In this document: piece after piece, positions 1 to 9,481 of the stretch
How the letters are laid out: each line of letters begins with the position of its first letter
Position numbering within the stretch: position 1 is the first letter of the stretch
Origin: Bdellovibrionota bacterium
GTDB lineage: Bacteria; Bdellovibrionota_C; UBA2361; OMIW01
Reading direction: 5' to 3'
DNA: 39,706 nucleotides
NCBI GenBank assembly: GCA_044345055.1
Contig: JBIJBT010000015.1
Coordinates: 1 to 39,706 of the forward strand
Notes under the pieces: model-generated
The model's input: only the letters and a program-made list of their open reading frames with translations
Database searches by the model: none
Told to the model about the DNA's origin: nothing
Program-made: the position numbers and the translations under genes

Positions 1-624
1 TTCTTGATGGCTCGGCCTCCGGGGGCAACCCGCGAACTTCCGCCTAATTTGATGGTTGGTATTCGTTCGTTACTCAACGATAAAGATGAGATTAGCACCG
101 AAGACGTTTCGGACCAACAGGGGCTTGCCGATGAGGAAAAGCTAATCTACCTGGAAAGTGTTGTTAATGATCCTAAGAGCGATCCAGAAAAAGTAGAGGA
201 TTTAGTACTTGGGGGATTTGTTGCTCAGGATTCAGCAGAAGCCAAGGATGTGGAGAAAATGGGTATCGCCGATGATTCAGTAGGTATTCGGGAAAATAAT
301 CGGGAGAAGGTAATGACTGGTAACGGTTTAAAAGAGTTTTTAACAATTATTCCTGGGGCGATTGGTGGTGCCGCGATGGAGAGTGATGGCGCATGTTTAG
401 AGGTTGCAGGTGAACTAGATTTTGAAACAGCTCCGATAGTGACAGCTATGGCGCTCGAGCATCTTGCGGATTTAGCAAAAGTGCTTGGTATTCAGGGTCT
501 CAAGGTCGCTTGTTTCTCGGGTGATAAACAATCTCTATTTATCGCCCGAAAAAGTGGTACCTACCTTTTTACCCTTGGGTCCCTTGTTAAAAATCCAGGA
601 GTTGTAGCTGGGAAGCTCGAGTAA
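1..624 (+). CDS. 5'-truncated protein with acidic linker and C-terminal Roadblock/LC7 (MglB-like) domain
   Basis: Frame is open from position 1. The last ~100 aa (LKEFLTIIPGAIGGAAMESDG...LAKVLGIQGLKVACFSGDKQSLFIARKSGTYLFTLG) follow the Roadblock helix-beta-beta-helix-beta-beta-beta pattern. Confidence 0.6.
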   Translation, partial: FLMARPPGATRELPPNLMVGIRSLLNDKDEISTEDVSDQQGLADEEKLIYLESVVNDPKSDPEKVEDLVLGGFVAQDSAEAKDVEKMGIADDSVGIRENNREKVMTGNGLKEFLTIIPGAIGGAAMESDGACLEVAGELDFETAPIVTAMALEHLADLAKVLGIQGLKVACFSGDKQSLFIARKSGTYLFTLGSLVKNPGVVAGKLE

Positions 625-650
625 TGCCTTTGTGATTTAACCTTCTCCGA

Positions 651-1112
651 CTACCACTTGAAGGTTAAATTCTCATTTTCCTGCGTACAACCGCCAGTTA
701 ATCCCTGATCTGTCGATAAGCAGAGAAAAGAGCCATTTTTCCCAGGAAGATGGAAAGTTCCACCGTTGTGAAGAGGTGGATCATTTGAAAATATTGCCTC
801 CTTTACCTGAGAGCTAAATTGTTTATGTAGCTCTGCAAGCTTGGATTCTAGATCTTTTAGCTCCGTGGCCAACTGCGCCTGTCGAGTTTTCTTTACTCGC
901 GGTGCTCCCCGAGTTCGAGCGACTCTTATCATCTCCTCTTTATTCGATTTAATCTTAAGATCTGTCGTGAGAACAGTACCCGCGAGAGAACCTAGCTCTT
1001 CGATTGAGAAACCTGCCTGAGCTTTGATGGGATTAAAAGCACCGTATGCATAGAGGTGGATGCTGAACACCGAGGTCGCCAAAATAGGCCATTTAATAAA
1101 ATCAAGTTTCAT
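651..1112 (-). CDS. hypothetical secreted/periplasmic protein
   Basis: 153-aa ORF with a signal-peptide-like N-terminus, a short coiled coil and a C-terminal Cys pair. No family recognised. Confidence 0.5.
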   Translation of the reverse strand: MKLDFIKWPILATSVFSIHLYAYGAFNPIKAQAGFSIEELGSLAGTVLTTDLKIKSNKEEMIRVARTRGAPRVKKTRQAQLATELKDLESKLAELHKQFSSQVKEAIFSNDPPLHNGGTFHLPGKNGSFLCLSTDQGLTGGCTQENENLTFKW

Positions 1113-1584
1113 CGATATAAACCCTGGAAAACTTCCGCTGGGAACTAGGACGGAACTTTCTCCGTCATTCTTGAGTTTTTTCGCAAATCACCGATAAGCA
1201 ATAAGCTGATGATGCTCCTTCGTTTCTTTCACCACTTCGAAAGCTTAATGAGGAATTGGAAAAAATTCAAAGAGTTCGAGCATAAGAACAAGACTAATTA
1301 CTAAAACAGTCGTGATCAGCAACAAAAATAGGTCCGTTCTTCTCAATACGATATTTGATCGTAGTCTGGTTGTGTCGGGTTTTGATTGCGATAAATCAGC
1401 GAAATGAGGAGTTTCTCTGCCATTGGAATGCTATCTCAGATATCGCTATTGGAGAATTTCGCAGCTCTTTGTAGTTATCTGGAGCCGTCTGAAAAAGCTC
1501 TCGAAGCTTAATGAACAGCTCCTTCCTGCTGCCTGAACTTAAATCTCCATTAGCTAAGTCCGAGAAGAGAATCTGAATGCGAGA

Positions 1585-2178
1585 TTATCTCCGAAGAATC
1601 TCCTGACGGGCTATAAATCGGGAGATCGGTACCAGTGGCCAAAAATTCCGGTTTTGCATGATCCGACGGATAGAGTGAAGATCATTCAGCACGACGGCCC
1701 GTTGTATTAGTTTTCTTGAGAGAGGAGTATAATCACCTCGATACCTGAGATCCACGAGAAGCTCTTTAATCCGAGGATCAAGTGCCTGCCAATTTGTAGC
1801 GCCGTAGGTATTCACAACATCCTCTTTCGAGCAGATCCGTTGTACGTCAGTGGCAGCCTCCCCGTAGGCAAGGGTGAAAAGGCGATCTGCCTGAGCCTCG
1901 GTTAGTGAGGGGGGTTGTTTTTGTGAAAGAAAATTTCGAGCTGATACTCCCCTTAATCCGACTGCGGGAAGATATTGTTGAGTTACCTCCCACGGAATAC
2001 CGGCTTGGCGAAACATCGACGAGACTTGAGGAGCTTTTCTGAATCCTAAATCATATCCAAGCCCGATGGTAACGCCGGATGATAGTGTTGGTTGATGAGG
2101 TATGAGGGCATAAAATCTAGATTTTGGGTCGTATGATCCTTCGCTGCGATAGGTGATAGTTTCTGAAATCGGATTCAT
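1585..2178 (-). CDS. pesticin C-terminal-like muramidase (T4-lysozyme-fold peptidoglycan hydrolase)
   Basis: Motifs TYRSEG, H-x-P...SGVTIGLGYDLG, GLRG-x-SA, LVDLRYRGDY and W-x-x-VP-x-x-RF. Start placed at ATG 2178 (MNPISET); the ORF extends to GTG 2220. Confidence 0.8.
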   Translation of the reverse strand: MNPISETITYRSEGSYDPKSRFYALIPHQPTLSSGVTIGLGYDLGFRKAPQVSSMFRQAGIPWEVTQQYLPAVGLRGVSARNFLSQKQPPSLTEAQADRLFTLAYGEAATDVQRICSKEDVVNTYGATNWQALDPRIKELLVDLRYRGDYTPLSRKLIQRAVVLNDLHSIRRIMQNRNFWPLVPISRFIARQEILRR

Positions 2179-2492
2179 AAAAGTTCCACGTATTTTTCTT
2201 TTAGGTAATCGTTCACACACAGCAGACTTTTTTCAGCCTCTATATTGAGGTGATACAGATTTTTTGAAATTTCCGGAGCTGTTGTGTTGTTTCTTTTTCG
2301 AAGATTATCGTCCACTCGGTGAGCAGAGTTTCTGGATCGCTTATAATTTGATCAGTCAATCCCCAAAAAATTGGATTAGCTTTGGCCTCTGAGGAAGATT
2401 CAGAAAGAGCTTTGGTCTCACATTACTGAACATGCTACCCTCTCTGCCGGTCTTTTCTCTGACACGCGGTGATTCGATATTCGAGGTTCATA

Positions 2493-3989
2493 ATGCTGAA
2501 GGAAAATTGGCGTTCTATATCTCGCCTCGAGCGTTTTGGCGATGCAATGCTGATAGTTGTCGCCTTTTTTATTGCCTACTGGCTAAGAGGAATCTTACCT
2601 GATGTGGCAGATGCGTTTGGGATTTCGGGTGCATTCTCGGGGCGAATGATAGCGCCACTCAAAGACTACGTTATCCTATTGGGTGTTTCGCTCTCTTCTT
2701 ATCTTGTTTCTCTTGAATCGCAGCGTGCATACGGGAGCATGCGTCTTCGGTCTCCTGGGTGGTTATTTCGAATCGCTCTAATTAGTTCTTTCATTGCATT
2801 TGTCGCGATGGGAACCGCCGCTTTTATCCTCAAAATCGATGCTAGTAGAACGTTTATCGTATTGCATTGTAGCGTAGCAGGTATCGGGCTACAGCTTGAG
2901 CGTTTCTGTATTGTCCAATTTCTTCGATACTGGCGTAGAAGGGGAAGAAACTTCAGAAATCTTGTCGTTTGTGGTCGTGGTATTCAGGCGTCTCGTCTTA
3001 TTCGTGATATCGCACGACGTCCAGAGTTGGGTATTCGGTTGGTCGGAATAGCTTGCTTTGATGAGCCATTTTCTCGTGCAGAGGTTGAGGGAGAAGCTTT
3101 TCGGCTTCGGATGGTAGATCGAGGTTTCGTTACATCGTCCTGTAAACTTTTAATTGGAATCGACAGGCTTACTACATTTTTGTCGGAAGCTGCCGTTGAT
3201 GAGGTTCTGTTTACTGATGTTGTGTCGGTGATGCGAGATGTTGAGGAGATGGTAACGCGGTGTAGCGAGCAGGGAGTTAGAACATCACTTGTAGCGGACC
3301 TTTTTAACATGGGTATGTTCCGTTCGGAGCTGAGCTATTTCGGGTCGGTACCGCTTGTCCATTACCAAACACCACCGGGAGATGGGTTCGATCTTGCAGT
3401 GAAGCGTTTGTTTGACATCGTCACATCTGCTGTCTTGCTCATGGTTTTGGCACCGTTGTTTGCGATTATTGCAATCGCGGTTAGGACCGATTCACCGGGT
3501 CCAATCCTCTTCAAACAACGTAGAGTCGGTCTCAATGGCCGTATATTTAGCCTCTACAAGTTTCGCTCAATGCAGCTAGATGCCGAAGCGCAGCTCTCAG
3601 CATTGCGTAAGGAGAATGAAATGCAGGGGCCAGCATTCAAATTGCGGAACGATCCCCGGGTAACCCCTGTGGGACGATTTATCCGGCGACACAGTCTCGA
3701 TGAGCTGCCTCAGCTTTGGAATGTCTTTCGAGGAGATATGAGCCTTGTAGGTCCGCGCCCACCGATGCCTGACGAAGTTCAGCTCTATGATCGTAAAGAG
3801 CGGAGGCGGCTCTCGATGCGTCCTGGCCTTACCTGTACCTGGCAGGTGAGTGGGCGAAACGATATCGCGGATTTTGAGAGTTGGGTTCAGCTCGATCTGG
3901 AATATATCGATAATTGGTCATTAGGGCTCGATTTTTCTCTTCTTGTGCGAACTGTACCGGCAGTGGTATTTGGCTCAGGAGCGCGGTAA
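2493..3989 (+). CDS. undecaprenyl-phosphate glycosylphosphotransferase (WcaJ/WbaP/CpsE family priming sugar transferase)
   Basis: N-terminal TM helices, then KRLFDI, DSPGPILFKQRRVG, YKFRSM, DPRVT, SLDELPQLWNV-x-x-GDMSLVGPRP, PGLTCTWQV and DLEYI. ATG 2493 follows GAGG. Confidence 0.93.
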   Translation: MLKENWRSISRLERFGDAMLIVVAFFIAYWLRGILPDVADAFGISGAFSGRMIAPLKDYVILLGVSLSSYLVSLESQRAYGSMRLRSPGWLFRIALISSFIAFVAMGTAAFILKIDASRTFIVLHCSVAGIGLQLERFCIVQFLRYWRRRGRNFRNLVVCGRGIQASRLIRDIARRPELGIRLVGIACFDEPFSRAEVEGEAFRLRMVDRGFVTSSCKLLIGIDRLTTFLSEAAVDEVLFTDVVSVMRDVEEMVTRCSEQGVRTSLVADLFNMGMFRSELSYFGSVPLVHYQTPPGDGFDLAVKRLFDIVTSAVLLMVLAPLFAIIAIAVRTDSPGPILFKQRRVGLNGRIFSLYKFRSMQLDAEAQLSALRKENEMQGPAFKLRNDPRVTPVGRFIRRHSLDELPQLWNVFRGDMSLVGPRPPMPDEVQLYDRKERRRLSMRPGLTCTWQVSGRNDIADFESWVQLDLEYIDNWSLGLDFSLLVRTVPAVVFGSGAR

Positions 3990-4027
3990 GAGTTTCGCAG
4001 CCGAGTATGTCTTCGAAGGAGATTATT

Positions 4028-4522
4028 ATGAGCGAGAGCATAGGGGACAAAGATAAGAGTGGCAGTTCGTCATCGGTGATCGATGCTCGGCTGAAGCGCC
4101 TCGGATTATCTAAAGATATTAGTAGCGACCCCCTAAAGGTTGCTCATGCATTGTCAGCTTATGGAGTTCTTGAGTGGGCTGCAGAAGCGATTGCGGTCTC
4201 GCTAATCGGCCTTGCCGCCCTACGAACTCATTGGGAGGCCCTGGCGGCAGTCCCTGACACGCGCGATGGCGTTTTTACTCTCGGGGACTGTTGGGGAGAG
4301 CTGATAGGAGCTGAAGCGCTACTAGTTGAATGTCTCGATGCGGTGAGCCGAAGTAAGCTGTCTGGCTCGGAATTGCGGAGTGTTGCAGCCCTCTGTACTT
4401 CGGTCCTTGTTCTGCGCGAGGGGATGGCTCGACTAGCAGAAAGACGGCAAAAGCCTCCACCACCGATTGTTTCTCTCAATCAAGAGGTCTTAATCGCGGC
4501 GGAGAGGGTTATTTTGGAATAA
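4028..4522 (+). CDS. hypothetical alpha-helical protein
   Basis: AAGGAG RBS before ATG 4028, 38 bp after the upstream stop. No family recognised. Confidence 0.6.
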   Translation: MSESIGDKDKSGSSSSVIDARLKRLGLSKDISSDPLKVAHALSAYGVLEWAAEAIAVSLIGLAALRTHWEALAAVPDTRDGVFTLGDCWGELIGAEALLVECLDAVSRSKLSGSELRSVAALCTSVLVLREGMARLAERRQKPPPPIVSLNQEVLIAAERVILE

Positions 4523-4592
4523 ACGGGATTAGCACATCAATAGTTCTCGTTGCGGGAGACTCTCCAGGGTCAAAAGATATTGATGAGATACC

Positions 4593-4621
4593 TTGACGTT
4601 TACCCCATTTTGGCTGAGAAT
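4593..4621 (+). promoter_or_regulatory. putative sigma70 promoter of rplM-rpsI
   Basis: TTGACG-N17-GAGAAT followed by a GC-rich discriminator (GCGCCG). Confidence 0.55.
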
Positions 4622-4773
4622 GCGCCGTCACGACAATGGCTGGAGGTGGGCCTTAGCGGTTCGGAAGTTTTGAACTGCGAAGTCGTTTTGATGAGGTAGG
4701 GGGAAAGCTTACCTAAAATTTCAATACATTATAGTGCGTTCAGACGTAACATTGAACGGAAATAGGTACCCAG

Positions 4774-5214
4774 ATGAAGACGTTTTTTCAAACTAAAGAG
4801 GCAGCCCTCGCAGCAAGAAAGTGGGTTGTGGTGGATGCTGCAGCAAGACCAATTGGCCGGGTGGCTTCAGAGGTCGCTCTTCTATTGCGCGGAAAGCATA
4901 AGCCGCAGTTCACCATGAATCAGGATGGTGGCGACTTTGTAGTTGTTGTCAACGCGAGCAAGGCGGTCTTTACGGGTCGTAAGCTGAGCCAGAAAAAGTA
5001 CTATTGGCACTCCGGATATGTTGGAGGAATCAAGGAGGTTCGGGCCTCTGACTTGATGCAGCGAAGGCCGGAAGAGGTCATCCGTCGCGCCGTTGTTGGA
5101 ATGCTTCCAAATGGTCCTCTAGGAAATAAGTTGGAAAAAAAGCTCCGTATTTTTGCGGGTGAGGAGCACCATCATACAGCGCAAAATCCTGAGATTCGCA
5201 CAACCTACAAGTAG
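4774..5214 (+). CDS. rplM: 50S ribosomal protein L13
   Basis: RKWVVVDA, GRVAS, LRGKHKPQFT, GDFVVVVNA, YYWHSGYVGG, AVVGMLP. Confidence 0.98.
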   Translation: MKTFFQTKEAALAARKWVVVDAAARPIGRVASEVALLLRGKHKPQFTMNQDGGDFVVVVNASKAVFTGRKLSQKKYYWHSGYVGGIKEVRASDLMQRRPEEVIRRAVVGMLPNGPLGNKLEKKLRIFAGEEHHHTAQNPEIRTTYK

Positions 5215-5390
5215 GTGTTTTTTAGGAAGAGTGGTGGAGAAGAGCTCGATTGCCAGGAAAGGCGGGCTCTTAGGCGCTAGTTCGATTTGAGACGTAGGCT
5301 AGTAATCTCAGCGGCAGGCAAATAAGTCGGCTTAGGGAAGAGGGGTTACAAGGGAATTAATAGTATAAGCAGTGTATACGAGGAAAAAGA

Positions 5391-5786
5391 ATGTTTAAGG
5401 GTACAGGCATTCATGCAGTTGGAAGGAGAAAGAGTGCAGTTGCACGTGCCTATCTCCGTCCAGGAACAGGTCAGATAGTGGTAAACGGCAAGCCGTTTGA
5501 CCAGTATTTTGGTCGTGAAACATCGACGATGGTGGTTCGGCAGCCCCTTCAGCTCATAGCTGGGACCGAGCAGCTCGATGTTATTCTGAACATCGCGGGC
5601 GGAGGTCTTGCTGGTCAGGCAGGTGCGGCTCGTCACGCTATTTCACGTGCGTTGCTGAAAACCTCCCCTGAAAATCGTCTCCCATTGAAAGAAGCCGGGT
5701 TCCTTACCCGCGATTCTCGAGTTGTAGAGCGTAAGAAATACGGTCGACATAAAGCCCGTAAACGAGCGCAGTTCTCGAAACGGTAG
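5391..5786 (+). CDS. rpsI: 30S ribosomal protein S9
   Basis: [56 protein letters not shown]. Confidence 0.98.
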   Translation: MFKGTGIHAVGRRKSAVARAYLRPGTGQIVVNGKPFDQYFGRETSTMVVRQPLQLIAGTEQLDVILNIAGGGLAGQAGAARHAISRALLKTSPENRLPLKEAGFLTRDSRVVERKKYGRHKARKRAQFSKR

Positions 5787-5796
5787 TGGAGATATT

Positions 5797-5839
5797 GGGG
5801 TGGTTCTTTCGATAAAACGAAAACCACCCCTTTGTGTTT
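5797..5839 (+). terminator. rho-independent terminator of rplM-rpsI
   Basis: Stem GGGGTGGTT/AACCACCCC followed by TTTGTGTTT. Confidence 0.75.
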
Positions 5840-5978
5840 CTGGTTTTTAAAGAGGTTGCAGCGAGGTTAAAGCTGTAGGAAATACAAAATACAATGAGAG
5901 CAAGGCCACTCGTCACGGATAGCCAGTAAAGCGACTCACCGAAAATCCGATCCCAGTTCGAAAGTTAAGTTCGTCAAG

Positions 5979-7088
5979 TTAGTGAGGCTGTTCAGAACCA
6001 ATTAGAAGAATGGTACCGATTGTACCCATCAGCACATTCGCAACCCACGCTGCTACGATAGGCGGTATTATCTCTGCGCGACCAAGCGCAATCGCAAAGG
6101 AATGAACAACATAATAAGAGAATCCAATACAGAGTGCGGCGACGATACTTGTTGCCATCGAGCCTGAACGCGCCGGTTTTAGTGAAAAGGGGAGTACAAT
6201 AATTGGCATTACAAGGCAGATAAAAGGAAAAGAAAATTTTGCATAAAGATCGGCGTAGTAAGAATTTACCGATAATCCATTGGCTCTTTGCTCCCCAATA
6301 AAATGTTGGAGAGCCTTAAAGCTCATTGTGGCTGGATCGGTCTCTGAGTAATAAAAATCGGATGGTTTTTTCGAACTTGGAAAAGGAAAGCTCGTATAAC
6401 GAGAGGTTATGGGTGAGGATAGGTCCTCTGAAAAACGATAATCAGTGACTGATTGCATACTCCAACCAAGCAATTTATCGAGGTAAGTGACTGTCTCTGC
6501 GTTTACCCTCCGGCGCGGCTGCATCGTCTCAGTCACATCAAATGCAGAGAACCCAGAAAGAGTGCTCGAACGGGAGTCAAACATTCCCACCGAATAGAAG
6601 CTATTTCCCGAACGCCACCAAAAATCATTTTGACTGTATGCCCCACTTTCATCTTTCCGCTTGATATCAATATTGTATATCTCCTTGACGCGACGGCTGG
6701 TGTGGGGGACTACCAATTCACTTAATCCAAGACAAAAAAAACTGAGAATAAAGCCGCTACCAAGAATTGGCGCGGCAATCCTGGTAATCGGAGTACCTGC
6801 AGCCCGAATAGCTGTTAGCTCACCATTACGGGAGAGAAGGCCGATCGTCATCAGAGTCGAAACAAGAACTGCAATCGGCGTCATTAGTGCAACGGCTTGG
6901 GGAATTTTTAGTAAAAAATAGTGCACTACGACTCCGGCTCTTGGCCGTTCTGCGATTATATTGTCGATACGGTCGAAGAATTCAAAAATAAGAAAAAGAG
7001 CGGTGAAGATGCCCAGCGTCATGAGAAGAAGAGCCGCTCCCTGTCTCAGTATATAGCGGTCGATGATAGTGAGTTTAAATGTTTTCAT
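5979..7088 (-). CDS. lptG: LPS export ABC transporter permease LptG
   Basis: IIDRYILR, LSRNGELTAIRAAG, TM-periplasmic-TM layout, IIPPIVAAWVAN. ATGA overlap with lptF. Confidence 0.9.
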   Translation of the reverse strand: MKTFKLTIIDRYILRQGAALLLMTLGIFTALFLIFEFFDRIDNIIAERPRAGVVVHYFLLKIPQAVALMTPIAVLVSTLMTIGLLSRNGELTAIRAAGTPITRIAAPILGSGFILSFFCLGLSELVVPHTSRRVKEIYNIDIKRKDESGAYSQNDFWWRSGNSFYSVGMFDSRSSTLSGFSAFDVTETMQPRRRVNAETVTYLDKLLGWSMQSVTDYRFSEDLSSPITSRYTSFPFPSSKKPSDFYYSETDPATMSFKALQHFIGEQRANGLSVNSYYADLYAKFSFPFICLVMPIIVLPFSLKPARSGSMATSIVAALCIGFSYYVVHSFAIALGRAEIIPPIVAAWVANVLMGTIGTILLIGSEQPH

Positions 7089-8455
7089 GAGGCTTCATGA
7101 GAGGGAGAAATGAGCGATTTTAAGGAGCGCTGCAGAGAGCGCAGCTGTCTTTTGATCATTAGTGGTAATTCGGCTATCGAGCTTACACGCTCGGACCCGA
7201 CCTCGTGCACCAACCAAAAGGCGATTAGCGCGGTAACGATATTTGGTATCCACACCCCAACCGATGAAGAGACCAACTCGCTCTCAACAAGAGTAAGTCC
7301 GAGCGATAAGAGTCCGTAGTAGGAAACAAACACACCGATCCCTACGACCACGGATAGTCCTACTCCCCACGAGCGTTGTGCGCGGGGTGGGTGAATACCG
7401 AGTGGGAGGGCAAGAAGAGTGAGTATCGCAGTGGCAAATGGCATCGAATAGCGTTGATCAATCTCGACCTGAAGGCGTCGTCGTTTTTTGGTGAGCTGAG
7501 CTGAGGATATTGCTGATTCGGTGAAGTGCTTCTGGACTTCCGGATCAAATGAATCGATCGGTCGAATTGTTTGACCTTCCCGCTCCATTAGAGCTTCAGC
7601 GGCACTAAGTTGCTTCGTTGCAACACGCAGTTGGTTAATGGTCAATTCTCGGGGAACTTTACCCCTGACCTTAGCATCAGGATTGTAGAGTTCGTCAGCG
7701 CCAAGAAAAATTGAGTTTGTAACAAACTGAGTTGCCAAATAGTTTCCGCCGATCATCTCGTGAATTGAACCGTTCTGAAGCGAAAACATAATAGTTCGAG
7801 TTGCAGGACGTGAAAGAATCTGACCTTTTTCGGCAAATATCACCTTACGCTGATCATTTCCTCGCCGATCATCAATCATTACACCTGTTAGGGCACCTTT
7901 TTTATTATCGATTTTCTCAGAATAAAGGGTCAGAGCACCGACACGATTAAAGGTGCCTGCCTCCAAACCGGCAGTAGATTTGGTCCGTGCAATATCAAAG
8001 AGTGCATCTGAGAGAGTCTGATGTCCCCACGGCTTAAGGGTAAAGGAGACTGCTAGTGAGAGGATAAAAACGAAGGTAGAGAAGATCCCAAGAGGATAGA
8101 GGAGTTGGTAGATACTGATACCACTAGCCCTAAGAACTACTAGCTCTGAATCTCCGGAGAGTCGGGCGCCTGCCAACATGACACCGAGAAGAGCAGAGAG
8201 AGGAATAGCAAATTCTAGAAAGGTGGGAACGATTGAGAGAAATACGAGGGCGATCTGCGAGGTGTCGACACCTTTATTGATGATTAGTTCGGAAAAATTA
8301 AGTACTCGAAGGGTGAAGAGTACCCCTGTGAACGCACCCAGACACAGCATGAAAAAGGAGAGCCATTCGCGGAAGAGGTATCCGGTGAGGCGGCGGGGAA
8401 GGTATCGTCTTAAAGTCAAGGGCGCTGCAAAGATCTTGATTTGGTAATGTTGCAC
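7085..8455 (-). CDS. lptF: LPS export ABC transporter permease LptF
   Basis: YLFRE, RLSGDSELVVLRASGIS, LALPLG, VWIPN. The true start may be slightly downstream. Confidence 0.9.
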   Translation of the reverse strand: MQHYQIKIFAAPLTLRRYLPRRLTGYLFREWLSFFMLCLGAFTGVLFTLRVLNFSELIINKGVDTSQIALVFLSIVPTFLEFAIPLSALLGVMLAGARLSGDSELVVLRASGISIYQLLYPLGIFSTFVFILSLAVSFTLKPWGHQTLSDALFDIARTKSTAGLEAGTFNRVGALTLYSEKIDNKKGALTGVMIDDRRGNDQRKVIFAEKGQILSRPATRTIMFSLQNGSIHEMIGGNYLATQFVTNSIFLGADELYNPDAKVRGKVPRELTINQLRVATKQLSAAEALMEREGQTIRPIDSFDPEVQKHFTESAISSAQLTKKRRRLQVEIDQRYSMPFATAILTLLALPLGIHPPRAQRSWGVGLSVVVGIGVFVSYYGLLSLGLTLVESELVSSSVGVWIPNIVTALIAFWLVHEVGSERVSSIAELPLMIKRQLRSLQRSLKSLISPSHEAS

Positions 8456-8705
8456 ACTGTAGAGCGGGGTGAGAGCGGCAAAAAAGTGGAACTTGGCTGT
8501 TACGATAACTAATCAGCTATGATACAGCCAGCGGAGTCCACGATTCTAGAGATAGCAGACTCTAAGTGCAACAAGGAGTATTGCAACAGTAAAGAGGTTC
8601 AAAGAAGCAAGCGCTGCCTGCCTTTAATGACGAGATGGAGAGAGGGTGGCAAATCCAAACCCCCTCATTGGTAGCTGCCATCATACTCGCTTTACCCAAC
8701 ACTCT

Positions 8706-9062
8706 TTATAGTAAAGCGCTGTTCTTGCGTGAACGAGCTTCTTCTTTGCGAATCTTCTTGATTGATTCTTTAACTTTTCGCTTCCGTCGCTCGGAAGGTT
8801 TTTCGAAGTAGCGACGTGATTTTAACTCTTTGAAAAGGCCTTCTTTAATCAGCTTTCGCTTCAGAACCTTCATCGCTTTCTCGATATTGTGATCGACTGC
8901 GACCTCCATTGCCTCGAGCTTTATGCGCTCTTGGCTGTCACGCCCATCCCGCATATCTCGACCTTCTCGGCCGCGGAATCCTTCTCGGTCTCGTCGATCC
9001 CGTCGGTCGCCACCGCGGTCACCGCGGCTCTCAAAATCTGGGTTGTTCATGGAATCTGCCAT
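8706..9062 (-). CDS. rpsU: 30S ribosomal protein S21 with N-terminal RD/RG-rich extension
   Basis: Core NIEKAMKVLKRKLIKEGLFKELKSRRYFEKPSERRKRK. Alternative start ATG 8909 gives the canonical-length protein. Confidence 0.9.
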   Translation of the reverse strand: MADSMNNPDFESRGDRGGDRRDRRDREGFRGREGRDMRDGRDSQERIKLEAMEVAVDHNIEKAMKVLKRKLIKEGLFKELKSRRYFEKPSERRKRKVKESIKKIRKEEARSRKNSALL

Positions 9063-9481
9063 ACGTGGGGTTTATCCTACTGACGGAGTGAAGTCTGCAC
9101 CTGATAATCTCGATACCTATCCTAAATTTTTAAGAGCAAGCGGCTCCCTCAATTTGGGAAGAACACACTCTTCCGCATAGGTCCTACAAGGGCGTAGGGA
9201 GGCAAAACGCTCACCACGCATCAGGAAGTTACGAGTATAAGGATCTTTGGTGCGAAGTAAAGCGTCAAATGACGGTATTCCGGAGGTGGACGATGATATT
9301 TATCATGATATGGTAATAATCAAAGCGATAACCGTTTAAATGGGTAACTAAATCAGCCAGCTGTTAACAAGCCGAAGTTCCAAATATATAACTACCGGAA
9401 AAGTAGGGGTGATTTCGTTGGCTCTATATACAAGGCACTCGGTGCCCATTTTCCCCGAATAAGTTTACAAAGATTTGATCC

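Noticed and set aside
8935..9030. Short imperfect DNA repeats as CRISPR or VNTR
   Set aside because: They are explained by RD/RG codon repeats in the bS21 extension; there is no repeat-spacer periodicity.
9235..9269. rpsU promoter TTGACG...TATACT on the minus strand
   Set aside because: The spacing is 23 nt, and the 17-nt alternative -10 (GATCCT) is weak, so it is not called.
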